Below, piece after piece: positions 54,483-63,439 of a stretch of 64,000 nucleotides of DNA. Within the stretch, counting starts at the first letter, position 1; the number at the start of each line of letters is the position of its first letter. The stretch comes from an uncultured Saccharofermentans sp. (lineage in GTDB: Bacteria; Bacillota; Clostridia; Saccharofermentanales; UBA5734): assembly GCA_963677835.2 (NCBI GenBank), contig CAXXUX010000001.1:1536362-1600361 (forward strand), in the 5' to 3' direction. The position numbers and the translations under genes are program-made. The notes under the pieces were generated by a model. It was not told the origin of the DNA. It searched no databases and worked only from the letters and a program-made list of their open reading frames with translations.

Positions 54483-55196
54483 CTATTTCAATTTGGTCGT
54501 CAGGACGATGCGCCTGCTGTTGGTGAAAGCCTGGTTATATTCAATCACTCTCCCGGTTGTGTCATAGGTTATGTCTGAGATCAGGAAAGTGTAGCTATCG
54601 GGTTCCATGTTCAGATAATTGGCTTCTACGGCAGGAATGGCGGCTGCGTTGACCGTCTCTTTGATTTCGCCGATTTGAATGCCGTTTTTCTCCAGAAGGT
54701 CATAAAGAGAATAAATACTGAAATCAATCCCGTCAAAATTCGGGATCAGTCCGTCCAGAATGAAGGTCTTTTCATAAGCGATTGGCTCGTCGTCGCCATA
54801 CCGGATGCGGATCATCTTGTAAAGCTTGGCCTCGCGGTCAATCTGAAAGATCTTGGAAAGCCTGTATCCAGCGGTTTCCTTGTTAAGGGAGATGATCTTG
54901 CTTTTAACCTTGATGCCTTCCTGTTCCAGCAGACGCGTAAAACCGACCAGCTTTTCCATCGAATATTTAATCGCCGGCTTTTTGATAAAAGTGCCTTTGC
55001 CCTGAAGCCGAATCAGCATGTCTTCGTCGACCAGTAAATCCATGGCTTTGCGAATCGTTTTGCGGTCAATGCCATATTGGGCGGAAAGTTCGCGTTCTGA
55101 AGGCAAGGCCTGACCATAAACGAATTCCTCGTTCAGGATCATCTTTCTGATTCTTTCGCAAAATTGAAGATACAGAGGCATTTTCAAGAACGGCAT
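54483..55196 (-). CDS. GntR-family (HutC/UTRA) transcriptional regulator
   Basis: 237 aa. Motif LPSERELSAQYGIDRKTIRKAMDLL. Alternative start at 55181. Confidence 0.8.
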   Translation of the reverse strand: MPFLKMPLYLQFCERIRKMILNEEFVYGQALPSERELSAQYGIDRKTIRKAMDLLVDEDMLIRLQGKGTFIKKPAIKYSMEKLVGFTRLLEQEGIKVKSKIISLNKETAGYRLSKIFQIDREAKLYKMIRIRYGDDEPIAYEKTFILDGLIPNFDGIDFSIYSLYDLLEKNGIQIGEIKETVNAAAIPAVEANYLNMEPDSYTFLISDITYDTTGRVIEYNQAFTNSRRIVLTTKLK

Positions 55197-55230
55197 TCCT
55201 CGCGATCATCAGTGATCAAATTATAATTGA

Positions 55231-55259
55231 ATTATATAGGAAGGCTATGTGTCTGTCAA
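55231..55259 (-). promoter_or_regulatory. predicted consensus promoter TTGACA-17-TATAAT (minus strand)
   Basis: The reverse complement of 55254-55259 is TTGACA and of 55231-55236 is TATAAT. It drives the GntR gene at 54483-55196. Confidence 0.5.
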
Positions 55260-55286
55260 AAACAAACCTCATGGCGATTGTTTTTG
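55257..55286 (-). terminator. A/T-rich hairpin (CAAAAACAA-N12-TTGTTTTTG) directly after the yjbQ-like stop
   Basis: 9-bp arms read directly. The T-rich 3' arm lies on the transcribed strand. Confidence 0.4.
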
Positions 55287-55288
55287 TT

Positions 55289-55717
55289 TCATTCTCCTAT
55301 AATGCACAGGCTGATCGTCCGCTTTTGCGGCCCGTCGAATTCCGCCAGATAGATTTCCTGGGCGCTTCCGGCTTGAAGCTCGCTGTCCAATATGGGAAAG
55401 GCGCAATGGTTGCCGGTCAGGAGCGATTTTAAATGCCCGGTTGGATTTCCGGCCATCGAACCATATGAATGCAGGAAACGGGCATGGAAGTAAATGTCTG
55501 CTTCAGGCACTTGCCGGGTCAGGAAAGCCAGGATGTCCTTTTCAAGACATTCCAGCTTTTCATTAACCAGGATTCCGGTGGTTGTGTGCTTGGTTATCAC
55601 ATAAATGACACCGCGTGAAACGTGGCTTTCAGCAATTGCCGCTTTGATCTTGTCCGAAATCGGCAGCAGCTGATTGTATTTTTCGGTATAGAGAACCAGT
55701 TCCTTATATTCTACCAT
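55289..55717 (-). CDS. YjbQ/UPF0047-family protein (secondary thiamine-phosphate synthase family)
   Basis: The ATG at 55717 follows GGAGA. Motifs VITKHTTTGILVNE and GHLKSLLTG. Confidence 0.75.
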   Translation of the reverse strand: MVEYKELVLYTEKYNQLLPISDKIKAAIAESHVSRGVIYVITKHTTTGILVNEKLECLEKDILAFLTRQVPEADIYFHARFLHSYGSMAGNPTGHLKSLLTGNHCAFPILDSELQAGSAQEIYLAEFDGPQKRTISLCIIGE

Positions 55718-56579
55718 GGACGTCATCTCCATAAACAAATCTGAGGGCGTTTTGCCCGAGGATCATGTCAAAAAAATCTTCTTGCAGGGGCATTTCCCGA
55801 ATGGCCTGCAGCATCCGTATCTGTTCCAGACGAGGTTCGTCAGAACCGAAAATCACCTGGTGCCGGAAAGTCCGCTCCAGCCAGTCCGGTCCCATGTCGG
55901 TCTGGAAGACTTGATGGTAGAAGGCTTTGGGATTGTCGAAATAGAGCAGGGCGGTATCGGCAAAAATATTAGCGTATTTCAGCAGAAGCATGCAGGTATC
56001 GCCAATCCAGGGCCAGCCAAAATGGGCCAGGCAAATTCTTAATTCGGGGAATCGGAAGGCGACTTCTTCGAACCTCAGGGGATGGGCGTATTTGGCCAGG
56101 GTGCCAGGCTCCAGCGACATGCCTGAATGGAAAATGACCGGCTTGCCGAATTTGATGCAAGTGCGGTAAATGGCGTCCATTTGGGGATCGTCCGGATAAA
56201 ACCGCTGTTTGGATGGATGCAGTTTAAGCCCCATCAGCTTCAAGTGGCAAAAGGCATGCTCCAACCTTTCCAGCGCATCCGGCGAACCAGGATCGATGCT
56301 GGCAAAGCCGATAAACCGGTCCGGATACCGGTCAACTAGAAATTTAACCTGCTCATTGCTTCCGACGCAGGCGCCATTGATCGAGGCGAGGTCGAGCGGC
56401 AGCAAGATCATCTTGTCAATGCCGGCATAATCGCACTGGTTGAAGAGTTGCCGGATAGAAATCCGATCGGTCTTGAAAAGCCCCATTGCCTCCTGGTTGG
56501 CTTTCAGCTGTCCATCGTCGAGTCCCGGTTCATCAAGAAAAGCGGCATGCACATGTGCGTCAATAATTTGCTTTTTCAT
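55704..56579 (-). CDS. amidohydrolase-2 (PF04909-like) metal-dependent TIM-barrel hydrolase
   Basis: The ORF track extends to 56807. The ATG at 56579 follows AGGAG. N-terminus MKKQIIDAHVHA, later LAHFGWPW and FGSDEP. Confidence 0.75.
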   Translation of the reverse strand: MKKQIIDAHVHAAFLDEPGLDDGQLKANQEAMGLFKTDRISIRQLFNQCDYAGIDKMILLPLDLASINGACVGSNEQVKFLVDRYPDRFIGFASIDPGSPDALERLEHAFCHLKLMGLKLHPSKQRFYPDDPQMDAIYRTCIKFGKPVIFHSGMSLEPGTLAKYAHPLRFEEVAFRFPELRICLAHFGWPWIGDTCMLLLKYANIFADTALLYFDNPKAFYHQVFQTDMGPDWLERTFRHQVIFGSDEPRLEQIRMLQAIREMPLQEDFFDMILGQNALRFVYGDDVHGRI

Positions 56580-56592
56580 CGGCTTTCTCCTG

Positions 56593-57381
56593 TCAATCGA
56601 TCCATGGCGCAAATGTCCCGACAACCTGTGCGGCCAGTCTGGCGCCGGCTTGCTGCGCTTCCAGGATGCTTTTGCCCTGCATGATCCGATGGATGAAGCC
56701 GGCAATGTAGCTGTCGCCGGCACCGACTGTATTGACAACTTCGGCCGGATAGATGCCAAATGCATGGAAATCGGTTCCGTCCCAGACCAGGCTCCCGGCT
56801 TCGCCAAAAGTCACGACGCATAAGGTGGCGCCCTGCCTGACAATATCTTTCATGAACAATTCGATTTGCGGATCCCTGTTCGGATAGGAGAAAAAAGCAT
56901 AATCGACTACCGGCGCAATTTGCCGGACTAAAGGATCATTTAACTCGGTGGCAAAGTCAAAGCTTATAGCGACGCCGCGTTTGTGCAAGTCGGGCAGGTG
57001 TTCCTGGGCATTGCCCCAAAATGCCGAATGCACCAGATCGTGTTTGGCAGCGAAGTTAATGTCTTCCGCCGAAAATTCAATATCTTTCATGACGCCCTCG
57101 ACATAGTCGCCGTAAGTTCGTTCCCGGTCGATCAGCTGCATGTACGATACGGCGGTTTGCCCCTGGCAAACATGCAGGTGGGAGACGTCCAGGCCCTGGG
57201 CTGTCAAGGTCAAAAGCATCTCCTGCCCGTAGCGGTCATTGCCGGTCGACGAGATGATGGAAGTCTGTATGCCCAGCTTTTGCATATTGACCGCGAAATC
57301 AACAGCATTGCCAGTCATGTAATAACAATTCAAATCGGTATAATAATCAACACAGTTATCGCCAATTGCTGCAATTTTCAT
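56593..57381 (-). CDS. PfkB-family kinase, fructoselysine 6-kinase (FrlD)-like
   Basis: The ATG at 57381 follows AAAGGA. MKIAAIGDNCVDYY and NTVGAGDSYIAGF. Closest in pattern to E. coli FrlD as I recall it. Confidence 0.75.
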   Translation of the reverse strand: MKIAAIGDNCVDYYTDLNCYYMTGNAVDFAVNMQKLGIQTSIISSTGNDRYGQEMLLTLTAQGLDVSHLHVCQGQTAVSYMQLIDRERTYGDYVEGVMKDIEFSAEDINFAAKHDLVHSAFWGNAQEHLPDLHKRGVAISFDFATELNDPLVRQIAPVVDYAFFSYPNRDPQIELFMKDIVRQGATLCVVTFGEAGSLVWDGTDFHAFGIYPAEVVNTVGAGDSYIAGFIHRIMQGKSILEAQQAGARLAAQVVGTFAPWID

Positions 57382-58975
57382 TTGATGTCCTTTCAATCAC
57401 GCTATTTTGACAAGTGTCTTGCCAAATGATTTTGCCATTGAAAATGGTCAGGGAAACCTTGGCCTCAGGCAGCTTGTCGACCGGCATTGAAAAAATGTTC
57501 CGGTCGAGGACTGCAAGGTCCGCCAGCTTGCCGGCTTCGATTGTCCCGAGCGATTTTTCCTGGAAATTGGCGTATTGCCCGCCGATTGTCCAGGCCCGCA
57601 GGCATTCGGCGACGGTTAGCGCCTGGCTTGGATTAACGCCATTTTCAGGTTTTCCATCCCTGAACCGGCGAGATAGGGCGAGATAAGCCGACAAAGGAAT
57701 GTCAGGCGCTGTCAGCGGCAGATCGGTGCCACAGCAGACATTGACGCCCGCAGCCAGCATGTTGCGATAAGGCCAATAGTTCTTGATCCGGTCCATGCCG
57801 ACAAATTCATATCCATAAAAATCTTCCGAGGTGCCAATGCAATCCATGATCTGCATATAATTGACCGCTGTAATCCCGAGCTTGGCCATCCGCTTTAAAT
57901 CATCCGGCTGCACCATTTCCAGGTCGACGATCATATGGCGGGAGTCTTTTGGGCCATTGGCCTCACGGCATTTCTGGAAGATGTCGATCGTTTTTCGGAC
58001 CGCCTGGTCGCCTTCGGCATGCAGGGCGCACCGGTACCCCTGGCGGTCGGCCTCCAGCACGGTCTTTTCCAGGGCGTCATAGTCGATGATCTGTTCGCCG
58101 AAGCTTTCCGGCCGATTGGCATACGGTTCTAGCAGATGGGCGTTCCATTTGGCAATTTCACCGTCAACCATCAGATTGAAGCCCATGAATTGGATTAACG
58201 GGGAGCTGAAACGCTCGCGGCAAGCTCCGGCGTATTCAAAATCGGCCGGCCGGCCTACCGGCTGGGAAACCAGATTGACCCGATGCATCAGCTGCCCTTG
58301 GCTGGCGAGCTCGTGCAAAACATCCGTAAAACCGGAGTAGTCGTCAAAACCGATTTCCTTGATTGCCGTTACCCCGCGTGCCGCAAGAAAATGACTGAAA
58401 CGCCCGTATTCGGCTTTGATAAACTCCCGGTCAGCGAGGAAATCCTGAAAGACTTTGTAGCAGTTTTCCGCAAAAACCGCATTGCCGTTAAAACCATATC
58501 GCCGGATGGCTGCCTGGTTTAACAGGCAGCCATCCCGGTCCGCGGTAAAGCCCAAAACCGGGCGGGATCCAAATTGTTCAAGCAATTCCAGATCTTTCCC
58601 GGCGTTTTCCAGCACAAAACCGGGCAGGTTATGCCCGAAAACCGGTTTGCCGGCGGGCGTCAGGCTGGCTTGCCGGACAAAAAGCTCACAAGCCTCGCTG
58701 ACAGTCCTGGCTGATGCCAGATCAATCCCCAGCTGCGACCACACCTGTCCGGTGAAGAAAACGTGATTGTCGACAAAACCGGGGCAGACAAGCTGTTCGC
58801 CCAAATCAAGGACTGCCGTATGGTCAGCAAGCCAGGGCCCCATTTCTTCAAGAATGCCGACTGCGGCTATGCGGTCGCCGGCAATGGCGACAAAGCCCGG
58901 AAATGGGGCGTCAACCGGATCGGCGCCGGTATAGAGGCAGGTGGAAACCAGGATCAGATCTGCTTTCTGAATCAT
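57356..58975 (-). CDS. amidohydrolase-3 (YtcJ-like) metal-dependent hydrolase
   Basis: The ATG at 58975 follows GAGGAG. About 539 aa. CPGFVDNHVFF (degenerate HxH), ALHAEGD, CCGTDLP. Confidence 0.75.
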   Translation of the reverse strand: MIQKADLILVSTCLYTGADPVDAPFPGFVAIAGDRIAAVGILEEMGPWLADHTAVLDLGEQLVCPGFVDNHVFFTGQVWSQLGIDLASARTVSEACELFVRQASLTPAGKPVFGHNLPGFVLENAGKDLELLEQFGSRPVLGFTADRDGCLLNQAAIRRYGFNGNAVFAENCYKVFQDFLADREFIKAEYGRFSHFLAARGVTAIKEIGFDDYSGFTDVLHELASQGQLMHRVNLVSQPVGRPADFEYAGACRERFSSPLIQFMGFNLMVDGEIAKWNAHLLEPYANRPESFGEQIIDYDALEKTVLEADRQGYRCALHAEGDQAVRKTIDIFQKCREANGPKDSRHMIVDLEMVQPDDLKRMAKLGITAVNYMQIMDCIGTSEDFYGYEFVGMDRIKNYWPYRNMLAAGVNVCCGTDLPLTAPDIPLSAYLALSRRFRDGKPENGVNPSQALTVAECLRAWTIGGQYANFQEKSLGTIEAGKLADLAVLDRNIFSMPVDKLPEAKVSLTIFNGKIIWQDTCQNSVIERTSNENCSNWR

Positions 58976-59013
58976 TTGCAATCTCCTCGATCAATGGCGA
59001 TATTTGAAAATCG

Positions 59014-60474
59014 TCAGAAAATAAAGCCGGCAACCAGGTACATGACTGCCGAGATGGCAAAGGCGCCCACCTGATAAGGCATGCCTGCCAGGTTGTGATC
59101 ATACAGGTCGACGCCGGTCGCCGCAGCCGTGCAAAGGCCGGCATCCGAAGCGAAGCTTGAATTGCTGCCGAAAAGTCCCGCGCAGAACATGGCCGCCAGG
59201 CACAGGTAGGGATTTGCCCCGGTCGCCGCGGCCAGGGCGATAACGGACGGCATGACCATCATGTACAAAGTCCAGTTGAAGGTGACCAGGTATTCTGTGC
59301 CGCAAAACAAAATGAAGATAATGACTGGCAGCAGGTGAGGATTCAGAACGCCGCTGGTGGCGCTGACAACGAATTCCGTGAAGCCCAGCTCGGAAATCAT
59401 GCCGGTCATGGTGAAGCCGATGACCAGCAAGAAAGTCATTGCCATCATGCTGTTGAAACCATCGATCACCATGGTGAAAATCCGGTCGATCTTGAAAATT
59501 CTTTGAATAAAGAACAGGATGCCCGTGACGACGATCGCCAGGCCAAGGCCGTACTGCATGTTGAAATCAAAGTAGATGCACAGTCCGATCATGGAAACGA
59601 TCGGCACGATAAAAGAGATGAGATTGACGCCCTTTCTGGGCTCGACGATTTCCTCCTCCAGTTCGACGTTTTTTTCGCCGATGTCCACGGGGCCTGCCGG
59701 CAAAGCCGGGCCGCCTGCAGAAACCCGTTCATAGGCCTTTTTGATCAGGCCGATTTTCGGCAGCCAGCCCATGCAGAAAAGAAAACCGAACAACAGGCTG
59801 ACAAAGCAGTAAAACATGTAGGGAACGATTTTCATGTACTCGCCTACGCCGGTTCCGCTGGCTGCAAAATTATTGGTTTCAAGGAGGGACGCTCCAAAAA
59901 TGACCCAAGATCCAATGGGAATTATTGACGAAGTATGGACGGCGCTTGAACGGATAATGAATGCGGTTGCTTCCCTTGGAATGCCAAACTGGTCATTCAT
60001 CGGCGAAAGGCTGGCGCCGGTGACAAAGGCGCAGAGGTAGTCGTCCACACTCAACAGCCAGCTCATGATCCAGGTCAATAAAAGCGCAACCTTGGAGCTC
60101 TTGGCTTTTTTGGCGACTTTGCGGGCAAAAAAGGTAGCCGCGCCGCTCATTTTCAAAAAAGTGATCAAAACGCCAAGCAAAAGGAAGACGATGATCAGGT
60201 AGGCGTTGTCGGGATCGGTGATGGTCCCGGCGATCCGGTCGCTGTAAATCAAGTAGAATCCCCAGCGGTATTTGATGAAAACCGCCAGCACGCCAGACCA
60301 GAGAAAACCTTCGATGACGCTTTTGGTTAAGATGATGAAGACGAAGATGGCAACAGCAGGCAGCATGGCCCAGGCTGCATAATAGTCTTGACTTTCGGGC
60401 GCGAATATCGCTGCCGCCGCAAAGCAGGCCAGCATAAAGACGTATCCGATAGTCTTGCGATTAAGAAACTTCAT
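59014..60474 (-). CDS. NhaC-family transporter
   Basis: The ATG at 60474 follows GAGGGGG. About 486 aa, polytopic. Paralog of 49405-50928. Confidence 0.75.
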   Translation of the reverse strand: MKFLNRKTIGYVFMLACFAAAAIFAPESQDYYAAWAMLPAVAIFVFIILTKSVIEGFLWSGVLAVFIKYRWGFYLIYSDRIAGTITDPDNAYLIIVFLLLGVLITFLKMSGAATFFARKVAKKAKSSKVALLLTWIMSWLLSVDDYLCAFVTGASLSPMNDQFGIPREATAFIIRSSAVHTSSIIPIGSWVIFGASLLETNNFAASGTGVGEYMKIVPYMFYCFVSLLFGFLFCMGWLPKIGLIKKAYERVSAGGPALPAGPVDIGEKNVELEEEIVEPRKGVNLISFIVPIVSMIGLCIYFDFNMQYGLGLAIVVTGILFFIQRIFKIDRIFTMVIDGFNSMMAMTFLLVIGFTMTGMISELGFTEFVVSATSGVLNPHLLPVIIFILFCGTEYLVTFNWTLYMMVMPSVIALAAATGANPYLCLAAMFCAGLFGSNSSFASDAGLCTAAATGVDLYDHNLAGMPYQVGAFAISAVMYLVAGFIF

Positions 60475-60487
60475 GAACAAACCCCCT

Positions 60488-61339
60488 CTAATAATGTGTG
60501 CCATAACCGAATGCGCCATCAACCAGACAATTATTGGCGGAAAATTCTGCTGCAGTCAAAAAAGCCTGCTCAATCTTTGTCTGGTTGATGCGGACATTCT
60601 TTTTCCAGCCCTGTTTCAGTAAACTAATTGAAAATGATGTAAAAAATGAATCTCCGGCGCCCATGGTGTCGACGGCCCTGACCAGCCTGACTTCGCCGCT
60701 GTACTGCCTGACGCCGTCGAAAAGGCTTTGCCCTTTGGTCCCCATCGTTGTCAGCACGTATTTCGTGCCAAACGCAGACACCTTTTTTTGAAGCTGGCTA
60801 ATCGCATCGCCGTCCATGCCTTCACAGGAAAATAAGGCCATGTCGATCCAAGGGCAGATCAACTGCAAATAAGCGTCGTTCCGGAATTCTTCTTCAACTG
60901 AGAAATCAAAAGTAATGTTGGCTTTCAAATTCTTGAGCTTTTTGATCTCGGTCTCGACAGAGGCATAGCAACCGCTGTGGATGAGGTCAAAACCTGCCAG
61001 ATAATCAAAGTCGACTGGTTCAAGAAGGTACGGGCCGTGCTTGGTTTCGCGCAGATCGTCGGCGACAAAGACCCGGTCGCCATCGATCAGGTTGACATCA
61101 CAGCGCTCGGTTGTCGTTCCAGGCGCCGTGCGGCAACGGCTGATTGACACGCCCACATCAAGAAGCGCCGATTTGATGCAGTCAGCTTCCCGGTCGTCGC
61201 CAAACACGCCCAGATAGGCTGCTTCGACGCCGGATTTTTTGGCAAAAACGGCAAAATTGACCGCATTTCCGCCAGGGTACATGACTTTTCGGTTGATGTA
61301 ACGATCGACCACATTGTCGCCATAACCTAGTACTTTCAT
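60488..61339 (-). CDS. PfkB-family kinase, fructosamine kinase (FrlD)-like
   Basis: The ATG at 61339 follows GAGAGG. MKVLGYGDNVVDRY...YPGGNAVNFAVFA and DTMGAGDSFFTSF. Confidence 0.75.
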   Translation of the reverse strand: MKVLGYGDNVVDRYINRKVMYPGGNAVNFAVFAKKSGVEAAYLGVFGDDREADCIKSALLDVGVSISRCRTAPGTTTERCDVNLIDGDRVFVADDLRETKHGPYLLEPVDFDYLAGFDLIHSGCYASVETEIKKLKNLKANITFDFSVEEEFRNDAYLQLICPWIDMALFSCEGMDGDAISQLQKKVSAFGTKYVLTTMGTKGQSLFDGVRQYSGEVRLVRAVDTMGAGDSFFTSFSISLLKQGWKKNVRINQTKIEQAFLTAAEFSANNCLVDGAFGYGTHY

Positions 61340-61358
61340 ACTCGAGCCTCTCAATCTA

Positions 61359-62372
61359 TCAGTATTCCACCACTTTGTAATATCGGCGGAAGGTCAGGTC
61401 ATGCCCGGTGGCATCCTGCAGATGCGGATTGATTCTGCCCAATGCGCCGCAGATGACCAGCGGGGAGAACAACGGACGGAATTTCCCGGAAATGCCGGCC
61501 AGTTCATAGTCTTTGGCATCGTAAACAGTCAGTTTCTTGGTATAGCGCTCGCAGAATTTTTGGATGCGGTCACAGACTGCGCGCGATTCATCTTCGCCTT
61601 TGACAACGACCACATGGGTGTTGTCATCAACAAGCTCCAAGGTGCCATGGAAAAAATCTGACGAATGGACCGACTTGGTGCGGATCCATTGCATTTCTTC
61701 CAGAACGCACATCGCATAGCAATAGACTTCACCCCAGGTATTGCCGCCGGCAGTAAAGATGTGGTAATTCTCATCCTTGTATTTGCGGACAAATTCCGCT
61801 GCTTGAACATCGGCCTTCTCCTTGACCGCGGCCATGGCTTCCGGCAATTTTTCAAGATTTTCGACGAAGTCGGCATAATCCTTCATTTCATTGCGCTTGT
61901 GCAGCAAGTAGCCAAAAAACAGGTACTGGATCAAATAGTCGGCATCGGCCGAGTACGGATCCTTGCTGGTATTGACCACAGAATAGTCAACCAGCTTTTC
62001 CAAAGCTGAATTTTCGGTGCCAAGGCCGCAAATCGTCACAGCGCCGCGCGCTTTTGCATAATTGGCGGATTCGATGATTTCTTTGGTGTTGCCGGAATCT
62101 GACATGAAAAAGACAACGGAATTTTCACCAAGATTGCGGTTGCCGGTTGAAATCAGCTCGGCTGCATTTTCGGCATAAACTTTCAGATCCGACATCTTTT
62201 TGAACATATGCATGAATGGCAGCATGATCGCCAGCGTGCCGCCGATGCCGACCAGGAACACGTTCGCCCTTTTTTCCTGCATGACCTGATCGACAATCGT
62301 TTCAATTTCCGATCGTTTTTGCAAGACCAGGTGCATTTTCCTGATGTATTCGTCTTTGAACTGTTTATCCAT
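61359..62372 (-). CDS. SIS-domain protein, fructosamine-6-phosphate deglycase (FrlB)-like
   Basis: 337 aa, RBS AAGGGAG. Motifs VFLVGIGGT and FFMSDSGNT, with C-terminus RRYYKVVEY. Confidence 0.75.
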   Translation of the reverse strand: MDKQFKDEYIRKMHLVLQKRSEIETIVDQVMQEKRANVFLVGIGGTLAIMLPFMHMFKKMSDLKVYAENAAELISTGNRNLGENSVVFFMSDSGNTKEIIESANYAKARGAVTICGLGTENSALEKLVDYSVVNTSKDPYSADADYLIQYLFFGYLLHKRNEMKDYADFVENLEKLPEAMAAVKEKADVQAAEFVRKYKDENYHIFTAGGNTWGEVYCYAMCVLEEMQWIRTKSVHSSDFFHGTLELVDDNTHVVVVKGEDESRAVCDRIQKFCERYTKKLTVYDAKDYELAGISGKFRPLFSPLVICGALGRINPHLQDATGHDLTFRRYYKVVEY

Positions 62373-62535
62373 AGTATTTCTCCCTTTTCGATTTTCAGTG
62401 ATCGTGCATTATCTTCAAGAATCGGCCGGATTCATGGATGATACAAAAAAACGCAAACAAAATAAGCAGGGCGGAAAAGTTTCTCCTGCATGAGGATTGA
62501 TGACAGGGGGCCTTCTATAATTTATCGGTTATCTT

Positions 62536-63258
62536 TCAAGCGCTCTTGATGTCGATTGTATAATTGATGCGCTTGGCGTTGACGATCGTTTTGGTATATT
62601 CTACCGGTTGATTGTCTTTGGCATAGGCAACCGCCTTTTCGACAAATACCGTGTCGTTTTCGAAAAGATCAAGCAACCGGGCTTCTTGCGCAGACGCCCT
62701 GGACAATTTGACTTCGATGTCTTGTTTGGTCATTTGGATGCCGTATTTCTCACCCAGGACCCGATAAAGCGACAACTTCGCAAAATCATGATTTTCCAGC
62801 CCTTTGCACAGCCTGGCGGGAATATGGGAGACTTCCAGCAGAAGATCTTCTCCATCAATGCTGCGAACCCGGGACAAGACGTAGATTGGACTGCCCTGGG
62901 GGATGCTGAGCAATTCGGCAGCGATCCGGTCCGCCTTGGCGACTGTAATACCGATCATTTTGCTTTTGGCAACCTTCCCCTGGGCCAGGACCGAGTCGGA
63001 AAAAGAAATGAAATCCTTCATGTCGATATGGCATTTTTCCGGCGCGATGAAGTTGCCTTTGCCGTGAATAGAGATAATTCGGCCTTCCAGCTGCATCCTG
63101 CCCAGCGCCTCCCGGATTGTTCCCCGGCTGACGCCGCAAAGCAAGGTCAGTTCCCGCTCCGAAGGCAAAGCGTCGTTTGCCTTCAGCTGGTTTAAATCGA
63201 TATGCTCTTCAATTGCGTCAATGACATCTTCGCGAACCAGGTTGTTTTGCTTGGCCAT
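62536..63258 (-). CDS. GntR-family (HutC/UTRA) transcriptional regulator
   Basis: 240 aa, RBS AAGAGG. Motif LPSERELTLLCGVSRGTIREALGRM. Confidence 0.85.
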   Translation of the reverse strand: MAKQNNLVREDVIDAIEEHIDLNQLKANDALPSERELTLLCGVSRGTIREALGRMQLEGRIISIHGKGNFIAPEKCHIDMKDFISFSDSVLAQGKVAKSKMIGITVAKADRIAAELLSIPQGSPIYVLSRVRSIDGEDLLLEVSHIPARLCKGLENHDFAKLSLYRVLGEKYGIQMTKQDIEVKLSRASAQEARLLDLFENDTVFVEKAVAYAKDNQPVEYTKTIVNAKRINYTIDIKSA

Positions 63259-63382
63259 TTGAATACCTCTTACCGGGATTATTTACCGGGACCATTATCC
63301 ATGCGCCGTATACATGATCCACCACTAGATGAAATGAATATACCACACGAAAAATTGAAAATCAACCATTAAATCGAATAAT

Positions 63383-63411
63383 TTGCTAGCCTTGATTGGG
63401 GCGACTATAAT
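63383..63411 (+). promoter_or_regulatory. predicted promoter TTGCTA-17-TATAAT
   Basis: Read directly, 29 nt upstream of the partial ORF start. Confidence 0.45.
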
Positions 63412-63439
63412 AAAGCTATCTTGACTTTTGGGAAAGGCG

